DNA of 64,000 nt from Fistulifera solaris. Taxonomy: Eukaryota. The DNA is taken from NCBI GenBank assembly GCA_030295235.1, contig AP026157.1, forward strand, positions 62,001 through 126,000. Reading direction: 5' to 3'. The position numbers were made by a program, and so were the translations under genes. Under the pieces are notes generated by a model. It was given only the letters and a program-made list of their open reading frames with translations. It was not told where the DNA came from and searched no databases. Below, piece after piece: positions 11,750 through 24,267 of this stretch (positions within the stretch are counted from its first letter, which is position 1; each line of letters starts with the position of its first letter).

Positions 11750-12784
11750 AATGACAAATATAAGGAGCGCGAAATTCCAAGGTGAAAGCATAATCAGCTT
11801 TGGATCTATTATATTGTAGCGAGACTATAATCACATCCGAAAAAGACAAATAATTCGCGGTAAAGGCTGCATGAATAAACAGGATTGATACAGTCTCATG
11901 ACTCATGAAGGAAAATTAGTCGTAACCAACTGTCTGGATGATAGTAAAAACTTGAAGGTCCGGATTCGAAGACATTGCCGGCTGAAATCGCATTTGCGCG
12001 AAATTCCAAGGTGGAAGCATAATTAGCTTTGGATCTATTATATTGTAGCGAGACTATAATCACATCCGAAAAAGACAAATAATTCGCGGTAAAGGCTGCA
12101 TGAATAAACAGGATTGATACAGTCTCATGACTCATGAAGGAAAATTAGTCGTAACCAACTGTCTGGATGATAGTAAAAACTTGAAGGTCCGGATTCGAAG
12201 ACATTGCCGGCTGAAATCGCATTTGCGCGAAATTCCAAGGTGGAAGCATAATTAATAGCTTTGGATCTATTATTGTAGCGAGACTATACTCACACGCGAA
12301 AAAGACAAAAACTTTTCGCGCTGAAGGCTGCATGTACCATGTACAAAAGGATTGATGGAGTCTCATGACGACATCCAGTCGTGAATTGGTACAAACTACT
12401 GTTTGGAGGATAGTAGAAATATGAAGGCAGGGCTCGAAGACATTGCCGGCGGAAATCGCAATTGCGCAAAATTTCAAGGTAACAGCATAACTAGCGTTCG
12501 ATTTATTACTGTAATGAGACTAGACCTATTCAAACGCGACAAAGACAAACAATTTGGGCTGCAGGCTGCATGTACAAAGGATTGATTCAGTCTCATGACT
12601 GAACTCAAGTCGTGGATTGGTACAACTCACTGTTTGAATCATAGTGGAAACATGAAAGTCATGACTTTTAGACTTTTAGACAATGCCGGCTGAAATCGCA
12701 ATTGCGCGAAATTTCAAGGTGAAAGCATAATTAGCTTTAGATCTATTACTGTAACTAGCCGCCTGCGGCAGGTACACAGTCTAG
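11750..12784 (+). mobile_element. Putative non-autonomous Helitron-like element carrying satellite I
   Basis: The array ends in the GC hairpin GCCGCCTGCGGCAGG (12758-12772), then 8 nt, then CTAG followed by T (12781-12785), the canonical Helitron 3' signature. No 5' TC end was identified. Confidence 0.5.
11767..12753 (+). repeat. Satellite I: ~4.2 tandem units of 229-240 bp
   Basis: The anchor GCGC(G/A)AAATT(C/T)CAAGGT recurs at 11767, 11996, 12225, 12464 and 12704. The first two units are near-identical and later ones more diverged. Confidence 0.95.
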
Positions 12785-12994
12785 TGTGAAAAGCATTTGG
12801 TTGAATTGACCAATTTTATTATTCTCTAAAAAGTACTCCGTATTATTATCATACACACGACAGGGTTGATTTCCAGTCGCGAAAGCTATCGACCTCTTAT
12901 AGAAAACATAGAGTTAGATCAGACGAAAAGATCAACCGTAAAAAGATTAAGTTCAGCGAATATCTGATTGAGCCACTGCGAATATTGATGTCGA

Positions 12995-14505
12995 CTACCT
13001 GATTCGTTTCTGGTCCTGAACGGATTGTAACAACGCACTGTTGCCGTCAGTTTCATTCACAGATTGCACGAGCTCACACAAAGCATCCGCGTGATGTGCT
13101 AGCAGTAGAGCGGATCGCTGGAAGTCATGCGATGTACATTCAACTAAGGCGGTCACCACGAGCAAAGATCGTATCGATGTTGGCTCCGCTCCAAGTCGCA
13201 CTGAATCACAATAAAACCAGCTCAGCTCGTAAAGCGCATCGATCCGTGGACCATCTGTATAGGCATATCCTTCGTCATCCGTTACGGCAATGTTTCTGTT
13301 GTAAGTAATGAGCTTTCGAAGATGGACATAATCGGGGCCGAAAGCTTCTTCGTGGCTGTCAACCATGATCTTTAGTCGTTCCAGTTTTGGATGGTCTTTG
13401 AGACCATCGAACAGCACCACAAAGTGCGAATCCCATGTCATGTCATCTTCAATCGTAAACAGATCGAGTTCTTTCAAGTCGTGATTCGCCAAAGCAGCTC
13501 GAATAAGCTCTTCGACGACGATGTCGGGTATTTCATCGTAATCGATAAATGTGAATCGGATTTTGAGCGCCACGAAATGTCTCACTGTAGCAAGGCGTCG
13601 GAAAAAAGATATCACAGCTTGCGTCGGAAAGGCGTCCACATCACCATTAATTCGGATAGCCAGCTTGCGCGCCACAATATTCAGCGACTCGAACGAGGAG
13701 TCTGGTGACGATATATACAATAAGCCTTCAAACGAATCCACTGGGGCAGAAAAAGTCCGCAGCTCCAATTCATCATTGCCCAGACCCGGCAATTCCAAGT
13801 GATCCAGTACATTGACTTGTATGATCCTTTCCAAGTTTTCGTCTGTGAATTCTGTACTCAGTTGAAACTTCAAAGAACCGAACGGTGTCGTTCGATGGAC
13901 GAGGGCATCGGTGAACGCGGTACCGCCGTCTTCAATCGAGCAATTGAAGAATGTCAACTCTATCCGATGCGGCCTTGTCGCTAACACGACCGACTGTTCG
14001 GCGGACAACATGACGCCTTCGACCAGTATCTTGCAAGCAGGAGCCTCTTCCAACAGACGTGCCCAGCGCGCCGTGCCCACGGAACAAAAGTCAAAGTCTT
14101 CATTGTTGATACTGATCACACTGAACGGTGATAACTCTTGAGTCGGTTCCACCAAGTCGATAAAGAATGCTGCCGTTTCCGCAATTGCCTCGTCAGAGTC
14201 TCCGGTAATGAACATCGTAGGTCCTCGGTCGTAAAATACCAAACACAAGTAACTGAATACACCGGCCGGTTGATCGTTGCTGTCGCCCGGACAAACGAAC
14301 GTCAGCGTATGATTGTCGCGCCAAAGAATCAGGTGTTGATTGTAGCTTTCGATTTCACGCAGATTGTGGGGTGTTCGAAGAAACTCGTAGGTCGGTGCAT
14401 CTCCCAAATCATCCCAGCTACCGTATTGCTCTCGAGATTTCCGCCAAAAGGAATTTCTCGAAATAAACCGCCTTCCGACGCATCGGACTCGTAGTCGAAT
14501 GACAT
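12995..14505 (-). CDS. Array family copy 8 (single 1-nt indel in a T-run near 14445)
   Basis: ATG at 14505 (MSFDYESD...) is 98 nt from ORF 12995-14407 (470 aa, all motifs, tail QDQKRIR). One extra T in CCTTTTGG restores the frame. Confidence 0.85.
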
Positions 14506-14807
14506 GAGTTGCTTATTTGCGATTTAGAATCGATAGAAGAAGAGTTCGTTGCAAAAAGCTAACTCGTTGAAAGCAACAATGACAATAAAGTAATCGTCAA
14601 CGCAAATGCGACGCTAAGAAAAAAGCGTCGATTTTGCCGTCACATAATAGAGTGGTAAGCCTTAATAAGGTTAGTGTTCATTGACTAAGTACGGCCGAAA
14701 GAAGCTCCAGTAATTGAACTAGTCTATAGACACATTTTCTCAGCTAATATATTATTTTAATCTACTTTTAAGAGGTCGCATTCTATGATATGTCTTCGAA
14801 GATAACG

Positions 14808-16312
14808 CTACACCCGTCTTCTTCGTTTCGAAATAGATTGCGACAAATCATCATCCAGTTCACCATTCAGCGCCTCCAAAGGAACGAGTTCGTGCAGTAC
14901 ATCAGCATGATTCGCAAACAAGAGAGCACAGCGCTGAAAGCTATTGGAAACGCCTTTGATTGAAGCGGTCTTGAGTAATGCCGATCGCATTAAGGGTGAC
15001 TCGCCTACCAGAGACGCCGACCCCTGATAGAATCGATGAAAGGCGTACAGTGCATCAATCTCGGCTCCATCGGTATACACTTCTCCCTGACTGTTCACCA
15101 CTGTAATCTATCGGTTTGCATGATAATAGTCGTCAAAGAAACGTGTAATCAAATCCGAACGCATTCCATTCCTCTTTGACGTTTACTTGGAAAATGCGAA
15201 GCGCTGGGTGTTCATCCAGCTCGAAAAGAAGTCTTATTATGCGACAATCCCACATCTGATATCCCTTGAACGTCAGAAACTCCAGTGTCTTCAAGCGAGT
15301 GTTGGCCTTGATAGCGCGAATGAGAGCCTCCGCGACGCTTTCGGGAACGTTAATGGGGACGAAATATGATTTGAAGCCTATTTTCAACTCTTCCAAATTA
15401 CCAAAATTTTCCAAATGCTGAAAGAGTTTAATGACAGGCTGCACAAGAAACAGATCCATACTATTTTCGATGGTAAGACAGAGCTTTTCCTTGAATCTCG
15501 TACTCGAGAGAATCCGCCTTTGCCGAAAATGGAAGAAGATCCAGTCCCTCATTGATCATCTCAGATGATTTCAAATGCCCAATTTTCGAAATTTGCACGA
15601 GTCGTTTCCAGCTGTCGTCACTGAACGAGGAATATTCGAGACTCAAGGACCCGAATACTGTGGATCGACTTTCGAGAGCATCCATGAAAGCAGTGCCTTC
15701 GTCTTCGAAGGAACAACGATCGAGCGTCAAATGAAGAGGTTGTGGTTGGGTAGCAAGTATTATTGATTGCTCAACGCTCAATGTCATTTCGGTCAGGATG
15801 ACACGATTGGTGGCCTCCAAAATTCGCTGCAAACACTGGGACCGAACCACCGTTGGCTCCAAAGAATATCTGTGTGGATTGCGCGTACTGACTTTGATGC
15901 ACGATTCCTTGCTGTCACACGATAAGAAATAGGCGACCGTGTCCGCCACAGCTTCGTCGGTATTGCCCGTAATGTAGAGGGAAAGACCATCGTCCACGAA
16001 TTTCATCGACAAGGCTCTGCGTGGATCGCACGGGGCGTCGTTGCCTCCGTTCGTCGTAACATAAGTGAGCGTATCATTGTTCCGCCAAATCACGACACCC
16101 TTGCCATGATCATGAAATTCTTTAAGACTGACAGGTTTGCGAAGTAATTGATACGTCGGCGCATCGTCGGAGTCGTCGTTGTAGTCGTCCTCGTTTTCGT
16201 GATCGTCATTGAAGGGGTCGTCCAGCTTCCAACAAGGAATTTGCTGGGGCGTAAGCAGGCGGGAAGGAATCCGACCTAAAAGCAAGCCAGTTTCGTCAAT
16301 ATCACGTGACAT
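14808..16312 (-). CDS. Array family copy 9 (frameshifted)
   Basis: ORFs 15461-16435 (probable start MSRDIDETGLLLG at 16312), 15133-15552 and 14808-15101 (tail SKRRRRV). Confidence 0.75.
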
Positions 16313-16816
16313 ACTACTATTAAATAGGAATTGGTTTTCATTTGACGATGGAGCAAGAATGAAACCGTAAAAAAATGCAATCGTCGTCGTGTGGCGCGCC
16401 GGTGCGCGAACATAAAAATGGCGCGAAAATCTCATTCATGACTGAAAGCCAGTCCTGGTGGAATGAACGGAAAGGGAGACACGGGAACGCACCTCTGCTT
16501 GGTACATTTTTTCTACGGGGGGCCTACGTGAGTGTACACTTTTTCCCGAACCTTCAAGACATTTTTGTCGACTACCAATAACAAGTAACGACACACGACA
16601 CGGCGACTTTTTTCGTACAATAAAAGTAGATTGTCTCTACTCAACGTGAAAGAGTAAATGTCTAAAGCGCACGTTTCAATCACGCTGCGCTCGCGCACCG
16701 CTCATCTCGCACCGCTCTCGTCGTCGCATTGCGTTGCATGTTGCCTCGCATGTTGCATCTTTCTTTGATTGCTTAATACTTTTAATTAATAAAGAACAAA
16801 CAATAAACAACACACA

Positions 16817-17339
16817 ATGCAAACATTATATCTATTTATTCTCTCGTCGCTTTTCTCTAAGTTGAAGCCGTGTTTGTGTTTTTCGCCACGGAACGCGCCG
16901 GTCTCATCTTAATAATTGTTGCTATATTGCATCATCGAACAGTCAGCCCGGTCCAGGCCGACGGTCCACTCTTTGCGCGAGAATTAGCGCGGTGTGGTGG
17001 AGGAAGCTCCACGTCCAACCGCTGTCAGCGTCAAGTAGGAACGGGGCATTGTGCGGACGACGAAGGCGATGTCTTTGATTATTGCATGAGTCCGACGGGT
17101 GTCGAATATACGTTTACGAATTGCCAAGCCCTGGCGCATGCTACTTTGCTCGATCCCGGTACCAAATAGGTGTAGGATGGGTGTTGACAACGCAGTGTTC
17201 GCTCTATTTCAATGATGCACAGGGGAACAGCATCACTTGCCCAGCAGGATTCGAGGCGCAGTTTGGTTTTGAGGGTAGTGGATTTGTCGAGGGGGCCGGA
17301 GGTACCTTTGAAGGGTATTGTAATGTCTGTGATCCATAA
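16817..17339 (+). CDS. Small secreted cysteine/glycine-rich protein (probable intron and one frameshift)
   Basis: MQTLYLFILSSLF at 16817, then after a likely intron ending ..GAACAG comes SPVQA|DG (signal-peptide-like). Then RCGGG..RC..VGTGHCADDEGDVFDYC..C and, in the next frame, IGVGWVLTTQCSLYF..CPAGF..GSG..GYCNVCDP*. Confidence 0.55.
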
Positions 17340-17504
17340 GCTTATCGTGTAGTTGTAGTGTTTAATTGTTGGCGTGCTAGGCTGTATTTGAATTTTTTAT
17401 AGCGAAATCGAAAGTGACAGAAACGACGCCGCTTGCCCCGAAAGAGGTATAGAGAGCGTCGATAAAGAAAACATCATTGCTTCTCTACCAAAAAGACAGT
17501 TCAA

Positions 17505-18587
17505 TACTTGTTCTTTGATTCTTATTCGGGCTCGATCGTGGTAAAAGGAATCATCGTTCTCCAGCTAAATGATCAAGCCCAAGCAAAACTTCGACTTGAT
17601 CTGCCAGCAAAAGAGCCGATCGCTGGAAGCTACTGGCAGCACTTTTCATTAGGGCGGTCACTACGAGTGAGGATCGATCCGATGGTGGCTGGACAAGGAG
17701 ACTTGCCGAACCCACATAAAAACGATTGAGTGAATACAGCGCACGGATCCGGCCGTCGTTGTCCTCATACTGATACCTCTCACTATATCCGTTACCGCGA
17801 TGTTTCTCTTATGCGATAAGAAGTCATAAAGGTAAGACATTAAGCTTTGGTCAATTTGGCAAGAAAATGATACATTAATTTTGTCGGACGTGGTCGTAGA
17901 TCAATATGGATCTGTCACACACTTCTAGTTTAAGAAGCCGCAGTTCGCTGTGCTCTTTCAACGCGGTGAAGAGAGTCTTAATGTGAGGGCCCCAGTCAAA
18001 ATCCCTCCTCGAGGTACTCAGATCCAAATAGCGCAAATTGCGATTTGCCATCACAGCGCGGATCAATTCTTCTATAATGCAAGCAGGTATCGATATGGAC
18101 CGTCAAGAGTCGAGCCAAACATTCCGACCCAGCCGCACTGAAATCCAAATGATCACCACCACGATCGGGTCCGATAGTGCAACTTTTACCCACCGCCTCC
18201 ACTAGGTTTAAGAAATACGCCGCCGTTTCGCAGATGGCAACGTCGGAGCTACCGAAGATTTCAAAATCGATGCCTTTGCCACCCAATTGAACTGTCAAGG
18301 AGAGTTCCGAGTCGTACCACTCTTCATCCGCGTAGTCGTCCGTGCCGGGCGGCATAACGTATGTCAGCGTCCCATTATCACGCCAGATTGCTAGGTTATC
18401 TTTATATTCACCTAACTCCTCCAAGTTCATCGGCTCTCGAAGCAGCTTGTAGGTCGGCGTGTTTTCGTAGTAGTCGCCCGCGCTTTGCCAGTGAGCTACT
18501 TGCTCGGGTTCGCGAAGGGAATAAGGAATGATTGCTACCAACAATGATTGCTACCAACAAATTTGTATCCTCGTATTCGTTTGACAT
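17505..18587 (-). pseudogene. Array family copy 10: internal deletion and 16-bp tandem duplication
   Basis: MSNEYEDTNLL start at 18587. ATGATTGCTACCAACA is duplicated at 18528-18559. The N-terminal region joins near 18090 directly to the EELIRAVMANRNLRYLDL region, and the 3' end is degraded. Confidence 0.85.
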
Positions 18588-18834
18588 GTTTGTAAGATGA
18601 AATGAACGGATAAATGGTTTTGGTTTCAAATGGCAAAAATTCGCATTTTGATGTCGCGTTCAAAATTTCGCTTCGGAAAAAAACGCGCCCTCAAAATGTT
18701 TTTCGGTAGGACGAGAACTCGTTTTATAGTTATTTTCACATAGTTCGGGAATCGATCTTCATCTTAGCATCTACTTTGAGTCCATGAAGCCTTTTGTGGT
18801 CGATGAACTGTAATTTCGGCGCCAGAAGGTTACA

Positions 18835-20018
18835 ATCGTTTCTTGGATCCGAAAAGCTTTCGCATCGATCACCGGCAAATTCACTATAGGATCAAAGTGA
18901 TGGTTGAAGCAATCCTTGACTGAACTTGAGTCACGATCAAAATACGAAACTAAATGAAACGGCAACAACGGCAACAATTAAGTCCACAAATGCTAGCATC
19001 AAGTGTATGATCGATTGTATTGGTATTGACGGTGATGCTACGAAATATCATCATCATTCAAAACGCAATGTATCGTTTCTTGGATCCGAAAAGCTTTCGC
19101 ATCGATCACCGGCAAATTCACTATAGGATCAAAGTGATGGTTAAAGCAATCCTTGACTGAACTTGAGTCACGATCAAAATACGAAACTAAATGAAACGGC
19201 AACAATCAAGTCCACAAATGCTAGCATCAAGTGTATGATCAATTGTATTGGTATTGACGTTGATGTTACGAAATATCATCATCATTCAAAACGCAATGTA
19301 TCGTTTCTTGGATCCGAAAAGCTTTCGCATCGATCACCGGCAAATTCACTATAGGATCAAAGTGATGGTTAAAGCAATCCTTGACTGAACTTGAGTCACG
19401 ATCAAAATACGAAACTAAATGAAACGGCAACAATCAAGTCCACAAATGCTAGCATCAAGTGTATGATCAATTGTATTGGTATTGACGGTGATGCTACGAA
19501 ATATCATCATCATTCAAAACGCAATGTATCGTTTCTTGGATCCGAAAAGCTTTCGCATCGATCACCGGCAAATTCACTATAGGATCAAAGTGATGGTTAA
19601 AGCAATCCTTGACTGAACTTGAGTCACGATCAAAATACGAAACTAAATGAAACGGCAACAATCAAGTCCACAAATGCTAGCATTAAGTGTATGATCAATT
19701 GTATTGGTATTGACGTTGATGTTACGAAATATCATCATCATTCAAAACGCAATGTATCGTTCCTTGGATCCGACAAGCTTTCGCATCGATTACCGGCAAA
19801 TGCACTATAGGATCAAAGTGATGGTTTACGCTATCCTTGACTGAACTTGAGTCACGATCGAAAATAAATGAATAATCGGCAACAATGAAGTCCACAAATG
19901 CTAGCATTAAGTGTATGATCGATTGTATTGGTATTGACGGTGATGATACGAAATATCATCATCATTCAAAACGCAATGTATCGTTCCTTGGATCCGAAAA
20001 GCTTTCGCATCGATCACC
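18835..20018. repeat. Satellite II: ~5.2 tandem units of 228 bp (first unit 237 bp)
   Basis: TTGAGTCACGATC recurs at 18926, 19163, 19391, 19619 and 19847. The first unit has an extra CGGCAACAA; units are highly similar. Confidence 0.97.
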
Positions 20019-20425
20019 AGATAATCTGGGAGCGCAGTCAGGCGTCAGGCTGCGTGTTTATACTTTATACCCCCATGAATCTCAACCGTTTAGATTCATG
20101 ATACCAGGTATTACACCTTTCGCTTCTCTTATTTGACCGAGCGCAGCTAATATTTCACAAGACTCTTCATTTCTACAATCTACATCAAGACGCGGATATG
20201 TGTCATCGTATTTAAATTATAATGTGAACGTATAGAAACTGAAACTTCATTTCGCGCCAGCGGCGCAGACTCAGAGATTGTATAGATGAAGTTGGGCATA
20301 CAGTTTCGGACACATTCATGAGTCATGAGATATGAAAATCGATAGATCATAAATGGGTGCTTCGAAATATTTTGTAGTTGTTACCTGATACGGTTCTTAT
20401 CACGCCTTCTTTCTACGAAAGCCAA

Positions 20426-21962
20426 TTACATCTTCCTTCTTCGTTTCTTCTTCCGACTTGCTGGCGACAGATCGTGATCCAGCTGCGCCGACTGGACTAG
20501 TTCATGCAATACTTCGAGATGATCTGCCAGCAACAGCGAAGAGCGCTGAAAGCTTTGAGCAGTACTTTTCAAAAGAGCGGTCGTCACGAGTGAGGATCGA
20601 TGCGGCGTTGGCGGCCCGACGAGACTCGCGGAACCCCAATACAGACGGTTGAGAGAGTAGAGCGCGCAGATCCGGTTATTGTCTGTAATGATACCCCCTT
20701 CACAATTCGTCACTGTTATATCTCTTTTCTGCCAGAGTAGGTTGCGAAGATGGCACATTCCAGGTCCGAAATCTTGCGATTCATCGTCGACTTCCATTCT
20801 CAAAGTCCGGAGCTCTTTGTGATCTTTCAACGAGTTGAAGAGAGTCGCCATATGCGGTCTCCATTCCAAGTCTCTGTTGTATGTAGTCAAGTCGAGAATC
20901 TGCAGATTGCGATTGGCCATTATGGCGCGAGTCATTTCTTCCATAAGGGGAGCGGCGATCGGTATCGGTGTTCTCTCCACGTCACTGCACAAAATGATTG
21001 CGACTTTGAGCTCCACAAAATGGCCCAGCTCCGATACGCGCCGCCAAAAGGCAATCATTAGTTCTGTCGGAAAAGGCTCCTCAATGTCATGATTGATGTA
21101 AAGGGCGAGCTTTTTGGTTTCGATGCGAAGCGTTGAACAATCTTCCACCGACAAAGCTCGAGAAAAAATTCGCAGTTCGAGAGACTCCGAGTGAGCTGAA
21201 AGAGACAACAAAACAACTTCGTCAGCCAAATAAGGCAGTCTCAAATGATCGAATACGTTTTTGAGTTTGAAAATGCGTCTCAAATTCACATGATCAAAAG
21301 CGCAGCACATATCTGTTTTGAGTGACCCAAACGACGATTGTCGCTTCTCGAGCTCATCCACAAAGGCCGTGCCGTTGTCGTCGAACGCACAACTTGATAG
21401 TTCCATTTGCATAGAATTCGGGTGAGAAGCCAAGACCCTAGATTGATCAGCACTCAGTGCAACGTTTTTGACAATAAAGCGACGCACAGAGCCTCTTTTT
21501 AGTAGCCGTGTGAAACAGTAGTATCCACCTTCACCAAAATCGAACGTGCCGCCCCACGGATCATCGACTGCTTCCAGGTAAAAAGACTTCACTTGCCCTA
21601 TCTACTAAATTCATGAAAAAGGCAGCCGTTTCGGAAATTGCATTCTCGGAGTAACCGAAGATTTGCAATGCCGTTCCCCCCAAAAGCATCCATAAAGAAC
21701 TATTAAATGAGGAACTTTTCTTACGATCCCAAACATCGTCCGTACCAGGAGGTGTGACGTAAGTTAGCGTATCATTGTCACGCCAGATGGCTAATCCGTG
21801 CTTACAATCCTCCGTCAGCTCTTCTAAATTCCTCGGCTGGCGAAGAAGCTTGTAGGTCGGCGATTCGCCCGCTTTCTGCCAGTGCACGACTTGATCGGGC
21901 TCACGAAGGGAATAAGGAATCATTCCCAGCAATAGACTTCGATCCTCGTATTCGTTTGACAT
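20426..21962 (-). CDS. Array family copy 11 (one frameshift at ~21590)
   Basis: ORF 21561-21992 (MSNEYEDRSLLLG at 21962) and ORF 20426-21592, tail SRKKKRRRKM. Confidence 0.85.
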
Positions 21963-22310
21963 GTTTGCAAGAGATAACGGAAAGGAATGCAACTAGTCTA
22001 GGTCTATTACGTTGTCATTGCTTTCAAAAAAAAAAAGCGCGCAAAAAAAAATAAAACGACGATCACGTATTCCGATGAGACATGACATCGTTCTGTGCTA
22101 AATATTTTGAGTCGCGCATGGCCTTTATAGACATAAAGAGTACAATCGTCCGCGGATGAATAAACTTTTCCATTTTTTGAGTCTTTTTGGGTCTTAGGAT
22201 TGTTGACCCCATACTAGCTAAAGCCTAGTCTCAAGGGATCAACGAGTGCGTTCTAGTTGTAATTCAACTGGAATTTTAAAATTTTTGAGTTGTTAGAAAA
22301 CGAGCGGCTA

Positions 22311-23803
22311 TTACAATTTTCTTCTTCGCTTGTGATCACTCGTCGAGCTTGTTGAGGACGGCTTTCCTGAGGTGTCCATTATCAATGGATCGAAAGTCGC
22401 ATGTTGAACTAAATCGAACAATACATCGATATGATTGGCTAGCAGTAGAGCCGAGCGCTGAAAGTTGGTTGAAGCACTTTCCTTCAGAGCGGTCATCACC
22501 AATGAAGACCTTTCCGGCGGTGGATTGATCAACAAGCTCTCCGAGCCCCGGTAAAATCGATTGAGCGCGTACAGACGATCGATCACAAACCCATCTGTAT
22601 AGATGTCTCGCGACGTATTCGTTACAACCAGGTGTCTGTTTTGCGAAAGCAGTTGTTGAAGATAGATAAAATTGGGCCCGAAAGCTTCGTCTTCGTCTTG
22701 GATATCTACTTTGAGTTTACGAAGCCCTATGTGGCCTTGGAGGCCCCTAATCAGTGCTGAAGTATGATTTCCCCACTTCAGGTCTCCAGCGTAAGTAAGC
22801 AATTCAAGAACTGCTAAATTGGAATGTGACAAGGCAGCTTTCGCCAACTGGTGCATAACGCAAGCAGGCAAATGGAAAGCATTGCCATAAATTTCGCAAT
22901 TCAGCGTCAGCGTCAAAGGTGTCAAAGTCGGCTAGTCGCCGAAAAAGCAGGATTAGTAATTCGGCCCTAAACATTGCACCAAGATCCAGCGATAAATCAA
23001 GGTTCTTTGCGAAAAAGGTTGATATTCTGCAAATTGTTATAGAGGTGCGGCACCGAGATGCGACAGCTCAATTTCCGCGCTTTTGCAGATAGAAGAAAGG
23101 CCCCGATTTTTCGTTTAGCAAGTGAGGTAGTCTTAAGCTATGGATCACGTCAACCGGTAAGAGACGTTTAGGTTGGCGTCGCTGAAACCAAATTTATGAC
23201 GAATGGACAACGCGCCAAATGTTGATTGCCGGTTCTCGAGTGCAGTGATGAAGGCGGTACCACCATCTTCAAAATCACAGTTTTCGAATTTTAAGCATAA
23301 AGGATTAGGCCTCGTTGTTAGAACAAGCGATTGTTCTGCACGCAGCGTAACGCCCGAAAAGGACACATCATATAGATGCGTGAACCATTGAGGATTCGAA
23401 CGAAAATCATACTTACGCCACCACCCGTTGAACTCTAGACTTGGTTTCTCGTTCTTCTCCAAAGCCATGAAGAATCGAGCGGTTTCTGAAACAGCAGCAC
23501 TTGTGCTGCCGACAATCTGCAAGGAAAATCCATGTCATAATATGCCAATTCCAAAGAAATGGGAGTAGGTGGGTTTACGCTGGTGCCTATTCCCGAGACA
23601 TAGGTAAGTGTGTCATTTTCGCGCCAAATCGCGACGTCGTGACTGTAGTTGTTGAGTTCTTGCAGATCAATAGGGTCTCGAAGAAACCTAAAAGTAGGTA
23701 ATTTTGTTTCTTCGTCCCCATACGCCACCTGCTCGGCCGTAGAAAGGATGGAATCATTGCTAAAGCGCGGTATCATTCTTGGTTTCGGTTGATTCGTCGA
23801 CAT
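22311..23803 (-). pseudogene. Array family copy 12 (multiple frameshifts)
   Basis: ORFs 23435-23941 (MSTNQPK at 23803), 23145-23522 and 22311-22925 (tail DHKRRRKL). The middle segment 22925-23145 is broken. Confidence 0.75.
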
Positions 23804-24267
23804 GTAGTAAAGGAGAAGAAAGTCGACGACGAAATTCACAGTACGAAACACTGAGAAGCTGGCCGAGAAAAAGCTATGATAGGATAAGAGCGTTTGTTTT
23901 CTTTTTGCTAACAAGCTACCGTCGTTCCTTTCGCCTGACATTTCCGGACTCGAACAAAGGGATGTGATATGATTTATAAGCTTGCATATCTATTGAAGAA
24001 AAGGATAGTGAAAACCATTTTAACCCCAAAAGATCATCGCAATAAACGCAGCATCGCGTTGCTCGCATCTTGCCACTCATGACTGCGGCATCCAGTCGTG
24101 AAAAATCTTGTCAAAATATTAGTTGCGACTTGCGACGCATAGCTTCGTCATAGCTTCATAGACTATAGTGATGGGAAATAAGATACTATAAGGCTAAAAA
24201 CAATCATAGGAGCAGCAAGTATTTTTCATCTCACATCATGACGTTGTCAAGAAGTCCGCATGCTTGG

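Noticed and set aside
11724..12585. Repeated ORFs MSHETVSILF...
   Set aside because: By-products of satellite I; the frames are not maintained between units.
18926..20136. Five repeated 63-83 aa ORFs (SHDQNTKL...HHHSKRN)
   Set aside because: By-products of the 228-bp satellite; mostly TTG starts and no other coding evidence.
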